Virus genome (UHGV): UHGV-0236456
Direction: 5' to 3' (one strand)
DNA: 38,772 nt
Source of the DNA: a virus
This document shows positions 21,870 to 31,158 of this stretch, in pieces. Numbering within the stretch: the first letter of the stretch is position 1; each line of letters opens with the position of its first letter. Below the pieces are notes generated by a model, which was not told the DNA's origin, searched no databases, and saw only the letters and a list, made by a program, of their open reading frames with translations. A program made the position numbers and the translations under genes.

Positions 21870-22292
21870 ATGTCATTCTTTTCTACGTTAAAAACAGCTT
21901 TGTCTTTGAAGGAGAAACTTGCTGCTACTGGTGTTCTTGTTCTGATTTGCGCACTTGTTGGTGCTGGGTTTGCATGGGAACGTCATCAGCTAAAGCAAGC
22001 CATAGAGAAAATTGGCAGTCTTAATCAGGCTGTTAAGGAACGTGATAAGTCAATAATGGATCTTAACCAGACCATTGAGACGATGAACAAAGCAGAGCAA
22101 CATTTTCACAGCCAGGAAGTGAAAAATGAATCAGAACAAGCCAAGTATGCTGACAGGCAAATGGAACGAAAAGCTGAAGTTCAGAAACAACTGGTTGCGG
22201 CGGGTAATGTTCGCCAGCGTATTCCTGCTGACACTCAGCGGTTGCTCCGGGAGTCGATCAGCGAATTTAACGCCGACGCCGACAAAGGTTAA
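21870..22292 (+). CDS. i-spanin-like (Rz-like) type-II membrane protein
   Basis: SD AGGAGGAAG; N-terminal TM helix (AATGVLVLICALVGAGFAW) followed by coiled-coil periplasmic domain; 141 aa. Confidence 0.55.
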   Translation: MSFFSTLKTALSLKEKLAATGVLVLICALVGAGFAWERHQLKQAIEKIGSLNQAVKERDKSIMDLNQTIETMNKAEQHFHSQEVKNESEQAKYADRQMERKAEVQKQLVAAGNVRQRIPADTQRLLRESISEFNADADKG

Positions 22293-22458
22293 CCACCCTG
22301 CCCCCAAAAGTGCATTTATGTGCAGGATGCCAGAGTTTAGCAGTGAATATTTTGATGATCTGCCAGCGTATATCCTCGATACAGAAACGATGCTGATGGG
22401 GATTAACAGGAAGAATCGCAACGTTAATGATTACAACCGAGCTATTAGCGGTAACTAA
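22207..22458 (+). CDS. o-spanin-like (Rz1-like) outer-membrane lipoprotein, overlapping the 3' end of the i-spanin-like gene in another frame
   Basis: Lipobox LLTLSGC followed by Pro-rich mature region; start ambiguous (ATG 22147 or 22207). Confidence 0.45.
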   Translation: MFASVFLLTLSGCSGSRSANLTPTPTKVNHPAPKSAFMCRMPEFSSEYFDDLPAYILDTETMLMGINRKNRNVNDYNRAISGN

Positions 22459-22469
22459 AAGGGATTTTT

Positions 22470-22862
22470 ATGTCTGATAAAGTAACAGTAAAGCAAACTA
22501 TCAACAAAGCGACTTCAATCTACAAAATTGAGCAAATCACTGTTGGCAAGCCAGGATCTGAACAATACCGTCGTGCTTTCGAGCTTGCCGATCAGCTTGG
22601 TTTAAAACACCCGGATTGCATTGAGCATGTATTTCCGACCTATGCTGATGAGCAATGTACTCATGTTCTTACCGAAGAGGATTTTTTCAGCACTGAAGAA
22701 CGAGAAGGCGTTGATCGCTGCATTGGTGTGATTTGCTCTTCAGTGAGTTATGAGTTATTCCCTAATGTCCATGAAGATGGTGGTGTTGGATACCAATTCC
22801 TGTATGAAGGCGATGAGCTTAAATGTTATGAACATGGTCTTCTTATCGAAAGCGTAGAATAA
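22470..22862 (+). CDS. hypothetical protein (130 aa)
   Basis: SD AAAGGGA; acidic protein with several Cys/His; no recognised motif. Confidence 0.6.
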   Translation: MSDKVTVKQTINKATSIYKIEQITVGKPGSEQYRRAFELADQLGLKHPDCIEHVFPTYADEQCTHVLTEEDFFSTEEREGVDRCIGVICSSVSYELFPNVHEDGGVGYQFLYEGDELKCYEHGLLIESVE

Positions 22863-22876
22863 TATGACTTCCTTCC

Positions 22877-22901
22877 AACCGGCTTTGTTGGCCGGTTTAT
22901 T
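22877..22901 (+). terminator. hairpin AACCGGC-TTTGTTG-GCCGGTT followed by TATT; probable terminator
   Basis: Read in sequence downstream of 22470..22862. Confidence 0.4.
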
Positions 22902-23016
22902 CAACTTATCCACAGCATAGATCCAATAAACAGATCCTAAAGAGAACCTAGGAAGATCCAAAGAAGATCCCGGATCGCTGTAAGCCGCGTCATTACTGGC
23001 CTGAAATGGGATCAAC

Positions 23017-23121
23017 ATTGACTATACGCGATTTTATGTTGACTGTGCACGATTTATTGTTGACTGCACGCGATTTATTGTTGACTATACGCGACAGAAA
23101 CATTGACTGTAAGCGATTTTA
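23017..23121. repeat. oriR-type iteron array (five ~19-bp direct repeats, TTGACTNNNCGCGA core, ~21-bp periodicity)
   Basis: Direct repeats read in sequence immediately upstream of repA. Confidence 0.8.
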
Positions 23122-23197
23122 GAGTCTGAATATTCACAGCTGTTGATAACAGCCATCCAAATTGACGTCAGGCCGCGCCACACATGGAGAAACCGTG

Positions 23198-24082
23198 ATG
23201 CCGGAAGAAAGTAAAGGCTTCCTTAGCGTTGAAGAAGTTGCAGGAAATACAGGAGAAATCCACAGCCTGAAGCCCAATAACAACAGCACTATACAACCCA
23301 TCGCTTTGTTGCGCTTAGGTGTGTTTGTGCCAACCTTAAAATCTACCAATGTGGCGCTACGTCGCGGATCGTCAGTTACAACAAACACAACGAACGCAAC
23401 TGAAGAACTATCAAGCCTCAAAATTGTTGAGCAGGAAGGCTATGAGGGAATTGAAATTCATGGTCCACGCCTGGATATGGATACTGATTTTAAGGTGTGG
23501 GTGGGCATAACCTCCGCGTTGTTTGACTACGCACCTGATGATGACGGCATAATCACCCTGCCATTCTCCGAGTTTGCCGATCGATGCGGCTATCCACGTA
23601 AGCGCCTTTCAAAGGCGTTCCGTAAAAGTATTGATGACTCTCTGACACGCATTCAGCAGACAGTTGTCAAATTCCGCTTCCCGGCGGCAAAAGGTCATCT
23701 CAATAACATTAACGTCAACTTGTTGGCATATAGCAGCCTGAATACCGAGCTTGATGTTATCGAGATCCAGCCGCAGAAACAGCTATCTGAACTTTACTAT
23801 GTTGACTATAAGCGAATCCTGAAGCTGAAGATGCTGGATAAACTAGGGCGCAAAGAGACGGCCAAGGTACTGTATACATTCTTTGAGGCTCTACCCGCCA
23901 ACCCGGCACCTGTCAGCATTGAGCGCCTTAGAGCGAGGCTTAATCTCAAATCATCCGTTAGCGTGCAAAATAGCGTTATCAGAAAAGCCATGAAAGATTT
24001 GGAAGCTATTGAATATCTTAAATTTTCAGAGATAAAAAACGGCAGGAAAATCGGCTTCCAGATCCATAAGCGCAATCCATAA
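23198..24082 (+). CDS. repA: plasmid replication initiator RepA (P1 RepA-like iteron-binding protein)
   Basis: Start at ATG 23198 (GGAG SD); flanked by iterons on both sides; sequence colinear with P1 RepA as recalled. Confidence 0.9.
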   Translation: MPEESKGFLSVEEVAGNTGEIHSLKPNNNSTIQPIALLRLGVFVPTLKSTNVALRRGSSVTTNTTNATEELSSLKIVEQEGYEGIEIHGPRLDMDTDFKVWVGITSALFDYAPDDDGIITLPFSEFADRCGYPRKRLSKAFRKSIDDSLTRIQQTVVKFRFPAAKGHLNNINVNLLAYSSLNTELDVIEIQPQKQLSELYYVDYKRILKLKMLDKLGRKETAKVLYTFFEALPANPAPVSIERLRARLNLKSSVSVQNSVIRKAMKDLEAIEYLKFSEIKNGRKIGFQIHKRNP

Positions 24083-24345
24083 TATTGACTATATGCGATA
24101 GCGAGAAGTTGACTATAGGCGACATTCGTTGACGCTGGTGGATTTTTGCTGGCGTCAATATTCTGCAAGTCGCTATTGAGATGGCTTTTAGGGGCATTTC
24201 ATCGCGTATAGTCAACGTTTCTCCCGACAATATCTTACATAGTCGATCTTTGGTGGAGTTAAATCGACTACAGTCAACTTTTGACTGTAGTCACATCGCG
24301 CATAGTCAACTATTCACATTAACCTTCGCGCATAGTCAACATTTG
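24083..24345. repeat. incA-type copy-control iteron array (about nine iterons in both orientations)
   Basis: Repeats TTGACTATA(T/G)GCGA and inverted CGCG(T/C)ATAGTCAAC read in sequence directly downstream of repA. Confidence 0.75.
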
Positions 24346-24374
24346 CGCGGTTCTCATCAAGCAGTGGTATTGAT

Positions 24375-25184
24375 ATGCAAGAAGAGAAACAACACTACCT
24401 CTACGTTCTGGTGCCAGAGAACGGAGATACTTTTAAAATCGGCATTTCATGTGGTCCATTGGCACGGTTTAAAGGGCTACAAGTGAGTCCCGATTTTGCG
24501 CTTTCACGGGTCTATCGTGGTACGCGTTTGGCAATGGTTAATCTTGAGCGGGCTTTACACGCAACCTTTTTCCCCTGGAATGCGCCGTGGGAGAAAAGCG
24601 CCGGTGGCGGGCATACTGAATGGTTTACACGAGAGTGTCTTGATAAGGTTTTGGCTCATATCGAATATCTAAATGATATGTGGGGAGGGATTCTCGAGCG
24701 CATTAAGTCGAATGATTTACTTCAGCGTCCAGTAGATGCTGCTTGCTCTTTCGAAAAAGAGCTGGATGTTACTTCTATCGTGACTTTCAAAGATGACGCA
24801 GGAATGAGGGACGTGGCTTATGTCTCCATATCTGGCTATGAACCGGACGCGATCCGCGCTCAATGTGAATTGCTGAAAGCAATGTTTATGCTTCGGACTA
24901 AATATCCCTGGGATACAGGGCGGGTGTGCTTCCCTATGGAAGAGTTAACCGCCACCATTGATTCCCAGCTTTACCACGATAATCCAGAGAAGTTTTTTAG
25001 CCTTTTAGCCGGTAATGGGCTTAACTGTGTGTCCGGGCTGGGGCGAAGTAGAATCCAACATGCCTCGCTCTTCGGTCCCTTCTTTTACGATCGACACGGG
25101 TACTTTGAGGCTGAACTTCCGGCGCTTACGCGTGCTATAGATACTATCGATTTCGAACGATTATTCGCTGCTCTTAGCAAATAA
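24375..25184 (+). CDS. T5orf172/GIY-YIG-like domain protein (putative nuclease) with uncharacterised C-terminal domain
   Basis: N-terminal YLYVLVPENGDTFKIGIS...ERALHATF...GGGHTEWF resembles the GIY-YIG-like T5orf172 (MUG113) pattern; 269 aa; own terminator; sits between incA iterons and parA. Confidence 0.7.
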   Translation: MQEEKQHYLYVLVPENGDTFKIGISCGPLARFKGLQVSPDFALSRVYRGTRLAMVNLERALHATFFPWNAPWEKSAGGGHTEWFTRECLDKVLAHIEYLNDMWGGILERIKSNDLLQRPVDAACSFEKELDVTSIVTFKDDAGMRDVAYVSISGYEPDAIRAQCELLKAMFMLRTKYPWDTGRVCFPMEELTATIDSQLYHDNPEKFFSLLAGNGLNCVSGLGRSRIQHASLFGPFFYDRHGYFEAELPALTRAIDTIDFERLFAALSK

Positions 25185-25191
25185 CACTGAT

Positions 25192-25212
25192 GCCCCTGAA
25201 CGGGGCTTTTTT
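25192..25212 (+). terminator. rho-independent terminator (GCCCC-TGAAC-GGGGC + T6)
   Basis: Read in sequence immediately after the T5orf172-like gene. Confidence 0.6.
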
Positions 25213-25352
25213 GTGCCCTCCTTGTAACTCTCAATCGTGCAAAATGAACCAAACATGCAGAGAATGCTATGTACAAGCATCTACGCATACATTATTATTT
25301 TATGCAGCATTTTTAATTAAATTCAAAAATACAGCATAAAGGATGACTTTCG

Positions 25353-26549
25353 ATGAGTGATTCCAGCCAGCTTCACAAGGTTGCTCAAAGAGCAAATAGA
25401 ATGCTCAATGTTCTGACTGAACAAGTACAGTTGCAAAAGGATGAGCTACACGCGAACGAGTTTTACCAGGTCTATGCGAAAGCGGCACTGGCAAAATTGC
25501 CTCTACTGACTCGTGCGAACGTTGACTATGCCGTAAGTGAAATGGAAGAAAAGGGTTATGTTTTCGATAAACGCCCTGCTGGCTCTTCAATGAAATATGC
25601 GATGTCAATTCAGAACATCATTGACATATATGAACATCGCGGAGTGCCAAAATACCGGGATCGCTACAGCGAAGCGTATGTGATTTTCATCTCCAATCTT
25701 AAAGGCGGTGTGTCAAAAACTGTATCGACGGTTTCTCTGGCGCATGCAATGCGTGCTCATCCTCATCTTCTGATGGAAGATTTAAGGATTCTGGTTATTG
25801 ACCTTGATCCGCAATCTTCAGCAACGATGTTTTTAAGCCATAAACACTCTATTGGTATCGTAAACGCAACATCTGCACAGGCTATGTTGCAGAATGTAAG
25901 CCGTGAAGAGCTGTTAGAGGAGTTTATTGTTCCTTCTGTTGTACCTGGGGTTGACGTTATGCCTGCGTCGATTGACGATGCCTTTATTGCATCCGATTGG
26001 AGAGAGCTGTGCAATGAGCATCTACCGGGTCAGAACATCCATGCAGTCCTGAAAGAAAATGTGATTGATAAGCTGAAGAGCGATTATGACTTTATCCTCG
26101 TTGATAGTGGTCCTCACCTTGACGCCTTCCTGAAAAATGCTTTGGCCTCGGCCAATATACTGTTTACACCTCTGCCGCCTGCAACGGTTGATTTCCACTC
26201 ATCGCTTAAATACGTTGCCCGCCTTCCTGAGTTGGTGAAACTCATTTCGGATGAAGGCTGCGAGTGTCAGCTTGCAACTAACATTGGTTTTATGTCCAAG
26301 TTGAGTAACAAGGCAGACCATAAGTATTGCCATAGCCTGGCTAAAGAAGTGTTCGGTGGGGATATGCTTGATGTTGTCCTCCCTCGCCTTGACGGTTTTG
26401 AACGCTGCGGCGAGTCTTTTGACACTGTTATTTCAGCTAACCCGGCAACGTATGTTGGTAGTGCTGATGCATTGAAGAACGCGCGAATTGCTGCGGAAGA
26501 TTTTGCTAAAGCAGTTTTTGACCGTATTGAATTTATCAGATCTAACTGA
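25353..26549 (+). CDS. parA: type Ia partition ATPase ParA
   Basis: 398 aa; deviant Walker A KGGVSKT; N-terminal DNA-binding extension typical of P1 ParA/SopA; followed by parB and parS. Confidence 0.95.
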   Translation: MSDSSQLHKVAQRANRMLNVLTEQVQLQKDELHANEFYQVYAKAALAKLPLLTRANVDYAVSEMEEKGYVFDKRPAGSSMKYAMSIQNIIDIYEHRGVPKYRDRYSEAYVIFISNLKGGVSKTVSTVSLAHAMRAHPHLLMEDLRILVIDLDPQSSATMFLSHKHSIGIVNATSAQAMLQNVSREELLEEFIVPSVVPGVDVMPASIDDAFIASDWRELCNEHLPGQNIHAVLKENVIDKLKSDYDFILVDSGPHLDAFLKNALASANILFTPLPPATVDFHSSLKYVARLPELVKLISDEGCECQLATNIGFMSKLSNKADHKYCHSLAKEVFGGDMLDVVLPRLDGFERCGESFDTVISANPATYVGSADALKNARIAAEDFAKAVFDRIEFIRSN

Positions 26550-26565
26550 GGAGTAAGAAACCCCC

Positions 26566-27567
26566 ATGTCAAAGAAAAACAGACCAACAATTGGGCGAAC
26601 CCTTAATCCTTCAATATTAAGCGGATTTGATAGTTCTTCAGCCTCTGGCGATCGAGTCGAGCAGGTATTCAAGTTATCAACTGGTCGCCAGGCCACATTT
26701 ATTGAAGAGGTAATACCTCCGAACCAGGTAGAAAGCGATACCTTTGTTGATCAGCATAACAACGGGCGTGACCAGGCATCTCTTACGCCAAAATCATTAA
26801 AAAGTATCCGAAGCACTATTAAGCATCAGCAATTTTACCCTGCAATAGGTGTTAGACGGGCTACAGGGAAAATTGAAATTTTGGATGGTTCCCGGCGTCG
26901 AGCTTCTGCCATCTTAGAGAACGTAGGGTTGCGGGTTTTAGTCACGGACCAGGAGATCAGCGTTCAGGAAGCGCAAAATTTAGCGAAAGACGTTCAGACA
27001 GCATTGCAGCACAGCATTCGAGAAATAGGTCTGCGTTTGATGCGAATGAAAAATGATGGGATGAGTCAGAAGGATATTGCAGCCAAAGAAGGGCTGTCTC
27101 AGGCGAAGGTCACGCGTGCTCTCCAGGCTGCGAGTGCTCCGGAAGAATTAGTCGCCCTTTTCCCTGTGCAGTCGGAATTAACCTTTTCGGACTACAAAAC
27201 GCTTTGTGCTGTTGGCGACGAAATGGGGAACAAGAATTTAGAGTTTGATCAGCTTATTCAAAACATATCCCCGGAAATAAACGACATCTTATCCATTGAA
27301 GAAATGGCCGAAGATGAAGTTAAAAATAAAATCCTGCGCTTGATAACAAAGGAAGCCTCACTACTCACGGATAAAGGTTCTAAAGATAAGTCCGTAGTTA
27401 CTGAATTATGGAAATTTGAGGACAAGGATCGCTTTGCAAGGAAGCGCGTGAAAGGCCGTGCATTTTCTTATGAGTTTAATCGACTTTCAAAAGAGCTACA
27501 GGAAGAACTCGACAGGATGATTGGGCATATCCTTAGAAAGAGCCTCGATAAAAAGCCGAAGCCTTAA
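26566..27567 (+). CDS. parB: partition centromere-binding protein ParB
   Basis: 333 aa; SD GAGGAG; ParB-type HTH region; immediately upstream of parS-like site. Confidence 0.95.
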   Translation: MSKKNRPTIGRTLNPSILSGFDSSSASGDRVEQVFKLSTGRQATFIEEVIPPNQVESDTFVDQHNNGRDQASLTPKSLKSIRSTIKHQQFYPAIGVRRATGKIEILDGSRRRASAILENVGLRVLVTDQEISVQEAQNLAKDVQTALQHSIREIGLRLMRMKNDGMSQKDIAAKEGLSQAKVTRALQAASAPEELVALFPVQSELTFSDYKTLCAVGDEMGNKNLEFDQLIQNISPEINDILSIEEMAEDEVKNKILRLITKEASLLTDKGSKDKSVVTELWKFEDKDRFARKRVKGRAFSYEFNRLSKELQEELDRMIGHILRKSLDKKPKP

Positions 27568-27670
27568 ACTTTCGCCATTCAAATTTCACTATTAACCTAC
27601 TGTTTTTAAAGTAAATACCTATAAAATTTCAAGGTGAAATCGCCACGATTTCACCTTGAATTTTACCTTC
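27568..27670. other. parS: parS-like partition centromere (heptamer box A ATTTCAC/GTGAAAT, hexamer box B TCGCCA, AT-rich IHF-like spacer)
   Basis: Box motifs read in sequence directly after parB; arrangement matches P1 parS as recalled. Confidence 0.75.
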
Positions 27671-27771
27671 CTCCCCTACTCCCGAAAAAAATAAAAAAAT
27701 TGCTTGTCACGAGAAAGTCAACAAGTGACTTTCAATAAAATCTCTTCCGAAAAGGGATTCACACAAGTGCC

Positions 27772-29499
27772 TTGTGTTTAAGGAAGAGTAAATTGAGTAA
27801 CTTACGCGAATACCAGAATCGTATTGCAGATATCGCAAAACGCTCTAAAGCTGTGCTTGGCTGGGCAAGCACTGCGCAGTTCGGTACTGATAACCAATTC
27901 ATTAAAGATGATGCCGCGCGTGCCGCATCTATCCTTGAAGCTGCACGTAAAGACCCGGTTTTTGCGGGTATCTCTGATAATGCCACCGCTCAAATCGCTA
28001 CAGCGTGGGCAAGTGCACTGGCTGACTACGCCGCAGCACATAAATCTATGCCGCGTCCGGAAATTCTGGCCTCCTGCCACCAGACGCTGGAAAACTGCCT
28101 GATTGAGTCCACCCGCAATAGCATGGATGCCACTAATAAAGCGATGCTGGAATCCGTCGCAGCAGAGATGATGAGCGTTTCTGACGGTGTTATGCGTCTG
28201 CCTTTATTCCTCGCGATGATCCTGCCTGTTCAGTTGGGGGCAGCTACCGCTGATGCGTGTACCTTCATTCCGGTTACGCGTGACCAGTCCGACATCTATG
28301 AAGTCTTTAACGTGGCAGGTTCCTCTTTTGGTTCTTATGCTGCTGGTGATGTTCTGGACATGCAATCCGTCGGTGTGTACAGCCAGTTACGCCGCCGCTA
28401 TGTGCTGGTGGCAAGCTCCGATGGCACCAGCAAAACCGCAACCTTCAAGATGGAAGACTTCGAAGGCCAGAATGTACCAATCCGAAAAGGTCGCACTAAT
28501 ATCTACGTTAACCGTATTAAGTCTGTTGTTGATAACGGTTCCGGCAGCCTACTTCACTCGTTTACTAATGCTGCTGGTGAGCAAATCACTGTTACCTGCT
28601 CTCTGAACTACAACATTGGTCAGATTGCCCTGTCGTTCTCCAAAGCGCCGGATAAAGGCACTGAGATCGCAATTGAGACGGAAATCAATATTGAAGCCGC
28701 TCCTGAGCTGATCCCGCTGATCAACCACGAAATGAAGAAATACACCCTGTTCCCAAGCCAGTTCGTTATCGCGGCTGAGCACACGGTACAGGCGGCGTAT
28801 GAAGCACAGCGTGAATTTGGTCTGGACCTGGGTTCCCTACAGTTCCGCACCCTGAAGGAATACCTGTCTCATGAACAGGATATGCTGCGTCTTCGCATCA
28901 TGATCTGGCGTACTCTTTCGACCGACACCTTTGACATCGCTCTGCCGGTTAACCAGTCCTTTGATGTATGGGCAACCATCATTCGTGGCAAATTCCAGAC
29001 TGTATATCGCGACATTATTGAGCGCGTTAAATCTTCTGGTGCGATGGGGATGTTTGCTGGTGCTGATGCAGCATCTTTCTTCAAACAGTTGCCGAAGGAT
29101 TTCTTCCAGCCAGCCGAAGACTATATCCAGACTCCGTATGTTCACTACATCGGTACCCTGTTCGGTAACGTGAAAGTGTACGAAGTACCTGCTGGTATTT
29201 GTAAGAACTTAACGACAGAGAACATTCAGTTCAGCTCGATGGATGTGCTGTGCTACGTCCGTGATGAAAATCCGGGTAAAGCAGGCTTCGTGACTGGTGA
29301 TGCTGTCCCGGCCATCCCGTTCCAGCATCCGACCACTCCGGCGCTGGTCAACCGTACCACGCTGTGGGGTTCGGCTATCAACGATATGCACCCACGCAAC
29401 GGCGCTGATTACTTCACTCGTGTAACGCTGACAATGGCCAAAAAAGGCGGGCTTAACTTCATAAGCGGCGACACGATTGATGCCGGTGACTCTGAGTAA
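27772..29499 (+). CDS. putative major head protein (P1 gp23-like by size and position); start codon uncertain (ATG 27772 or downstream TTG)
   Basis: 575 aa ORF followed by a stable hairpin; assignment by size/synteny only. Confidence 0.6.
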   Translation: MCLRKSKLSNLREYQNRIADIAKRSKAVLGWASTAQFGTDNQFIKDDAARAASILEAARKDPVFAGISDNATAQIATAWASALADYAAAHKSMPRPEILASCHQTLENCLIESTRNSMDATNKAMLESVAAEMMSVSDGVMRLPLFLAMILPVQLGAATADACTFIPVTRDQSDIYEVFNVAGSSFGSYAAGDVLDMQSVGVYSQLRRRYVLVASSDGTSKTATFKMEDFEGQNVPIRKGRTNIYVNRIKSVVDNGSGSLLHSFTNAAGEQITVTCSLNYNIGQIALSFSKAPDKGTEIAIETEINIEAAPELIPLINHEMKKYTLFPSQFVIAAEHTVQAAYEAQREFGLDLGSLQFRTLKEYLSHEQDMLRLRIMIWRTLSTDTFDIALPVNQSFDVWATIIRGKFQTVYRDIIERVKSSGAMGMFAGADAASFFKQLPKDFFQPAEDYIQTPYVHYIGTLFGNVKVYEVPAGICKNLTTENIQFSSMDVLCYVRDENPGKAGFVTGDAVPAIPFQHPTTPALVNRTTLWGSAINDMHPRNGADYFTRVTLTMAKKGGLNFISGDTIDAGDSE

Positions 29500-29559
29500 T
29501 CAGGGGAAGTTCTCCGTTTAACATAGCGCCCCCGTGCGGGGCGCATAACAGGGAAAGTT

Positions 29560-31149
29560 ATGTCTCAATATTCAATTCAACAGTCATTAGGTAATGCATC
29601 CGGCGTCGCGGTTAGCCCGATCAATGCCGATGCGACGTTATCTACCGGTGTTGCATTAAATAGCAGCTTGTGGGCTGGTATTGGCGTATTTGCGCGTGGC
29701 AAGCCGTTTACTGTTCTTGCGGTTACTGAGTCCAATTACGAAGATGTTCTTGGCGAACCGCTGAAGCCGTCTTCCGGCTCACAGTTTGAACCAATTCGCC
29801 ATGTGTACGAAGCTATTCAGCAAACGTCTGGTTATGTTGTCCGTGCTGTTCCGGATGATGCGAAGTTCCCGATTATTATGTTCGATGAATCAGGCGAACC
29901 GGCTAACAGTGCGTTGCCATACGGTTCTGAAATTGAACTTGATAGCGGCGAAGCCTTTGCTATCTACGTTGATGATGGTGATCCGTGTATTTCACCTACC
30001 CGTGAGTTAACCATCGAAACGGCAACAGCGGACAGCGCGGGTAATGAACGCTTCCTCTTAAAACTGACCCAGACGACTTCGCTCGGCGTGGTAACGACCC
30101 TGGAGACACACACTGTGTCTTTGGCGGAAGAAGCGAAAGATGACATGGGCCGCTTGTGTTATCTGCCTACGGCTCTGGAAGCCCGTTCTAAATATCTGCG
30201 CGCGGTTGTTAATGAAGAGCTGATTTCTACAGCGAAAGTAACAAATAAAAAATCGGTGGCATTCACTGGCGGTACCAATGGCGATCAGTCGAAAATCTCA
30301 ACCGCTGCTTACCTGCGTGCGGTTAAAGTGCTGAATAATGCGCCGTACATGTACACCGCTGTTCTTGGCCTGGGCTGCTATGACAATGCGGCTATCACCG
30401 CATTAGGTAAAATCTGTGCAGATCGCCTGATTGATGGCTTCTTTGATGTCAAACCGACATTAAGGTACGCAGAAGCACTAACAGCTGTTGAGGGTACCGG
30501 TTTACTTGGTACCGATTATGTAAGCTGTTCTGTCTATCACTACCCGTTCTCCTGCAAAGACAAATGGACCCAATCCCGTGTGGTCTTCGGTCTGTCTGGC
30601 GCGGCGTATGCGGCGAAAGCTCGTGGCGTCAAGAAAAACTCTGATGTCGGCGGTTGGCATTACTCACCGGCTGGTGAAGAACGTGCCGTCATTGCTCGTG
30701 CGTCAATTCAACCGCTGTATCCGGAAGATACCCCGGACGAAGAAGCAATGGTCAAGGGCCGTCTCAATAAAGTATCTGTTGGCACCTCTGGCCAGATGAT
30801 CATCGACGATGCTTTAACTTGCTGCACGCAGGATAACTATCTGCACTTCCAGCACGTCCCATCCCTGATGAATGCAATCAGTCGTTTCTTTGTCCAGTTA
30901 GCCCGACAGATGAAGCATAGCCCGGACGGTATTACTGCGGCTGGCCTGACTAAAGGGATGACCAAACTTTTAGATCGCTTTGTCGCCTCCGGCGCTCTGG
31001 TGGCTCCTCGTGATCCCGATGCTGACGGTACAGAACCGTATGTGCTGAAAGTTACGCAGGCGGAATTCGATAAATGGGAAGTAGTCTGGGCCTGCTGCCC
31101 GACTGGCGTAGCCCGTCGTATCCAGGGCGTACCGCTGCTTATTAAGTAA
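29560..31149 (+). CDS. putative tail sheath protein (P1 gp22-like)
   Basis: 529 aa; SD AGGGAAAG; C-terminal region resembles conserved sheath C-terminal domain pattern (tentative). Confidence 0.65.
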   Translation: MSQYSIQQSLGNASGVAVSPINADATLSTGVALNSSLWAGIGVFARGKPFTVLAVTESNYEDVLGEPLKPSSGSQFEPIRHVYEAIQQTSGYVVRAVPDDAKFPIIMFDESGEPANSALPYGSEIELDSGEAFAIYVDDGDPCISPTRELTIETATADSAGNERFLLKLTQTTSLGVVTTLETHTVSLAEEAKDDMGRLCYLPTALEARSKYLRAVVNEELISTAKVTNKKSVAFTGGTNGDQSKISTAAYLRAVKVLNNAPYMYTAVLGLGCYDNAAITALGKICADRLIDGFFDVKPTLRYAEALTAVEGTGLLGTDYVSCSVYHYPFSCKDKWTQSRVVFGLSGAAYAAKARGVKKNSDVGGWHYSPAGEERAVIARASIQPLYPEDTPDEEAMVKGRLNKVSVGTSGQMIIDDALTCCTQDNYLHFQHVPSLMNAISRFFVQLARQMKHSPDGITAAGLTKGMTKLLDRFVASGALVAPRDPDADGTEPYVLKVTQAEFDKWEVVWACCPTGVARRIQGVPLLIK

Positions 31150-31158
31150 GGGAATACA

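Noticed and set aside
23017-24345. Possible CRISPR array suggested by regularly spaced short direct repeats
   Set aside because: The repeats are ~19 bp with only ~2 bp between units, occur in both orientations, and flank a RepA initiator gene; this is the signature of plasmid iterons (oriR/incA), not CRISPR repeats with 30-40 bp spacers, and no cas genes are present.
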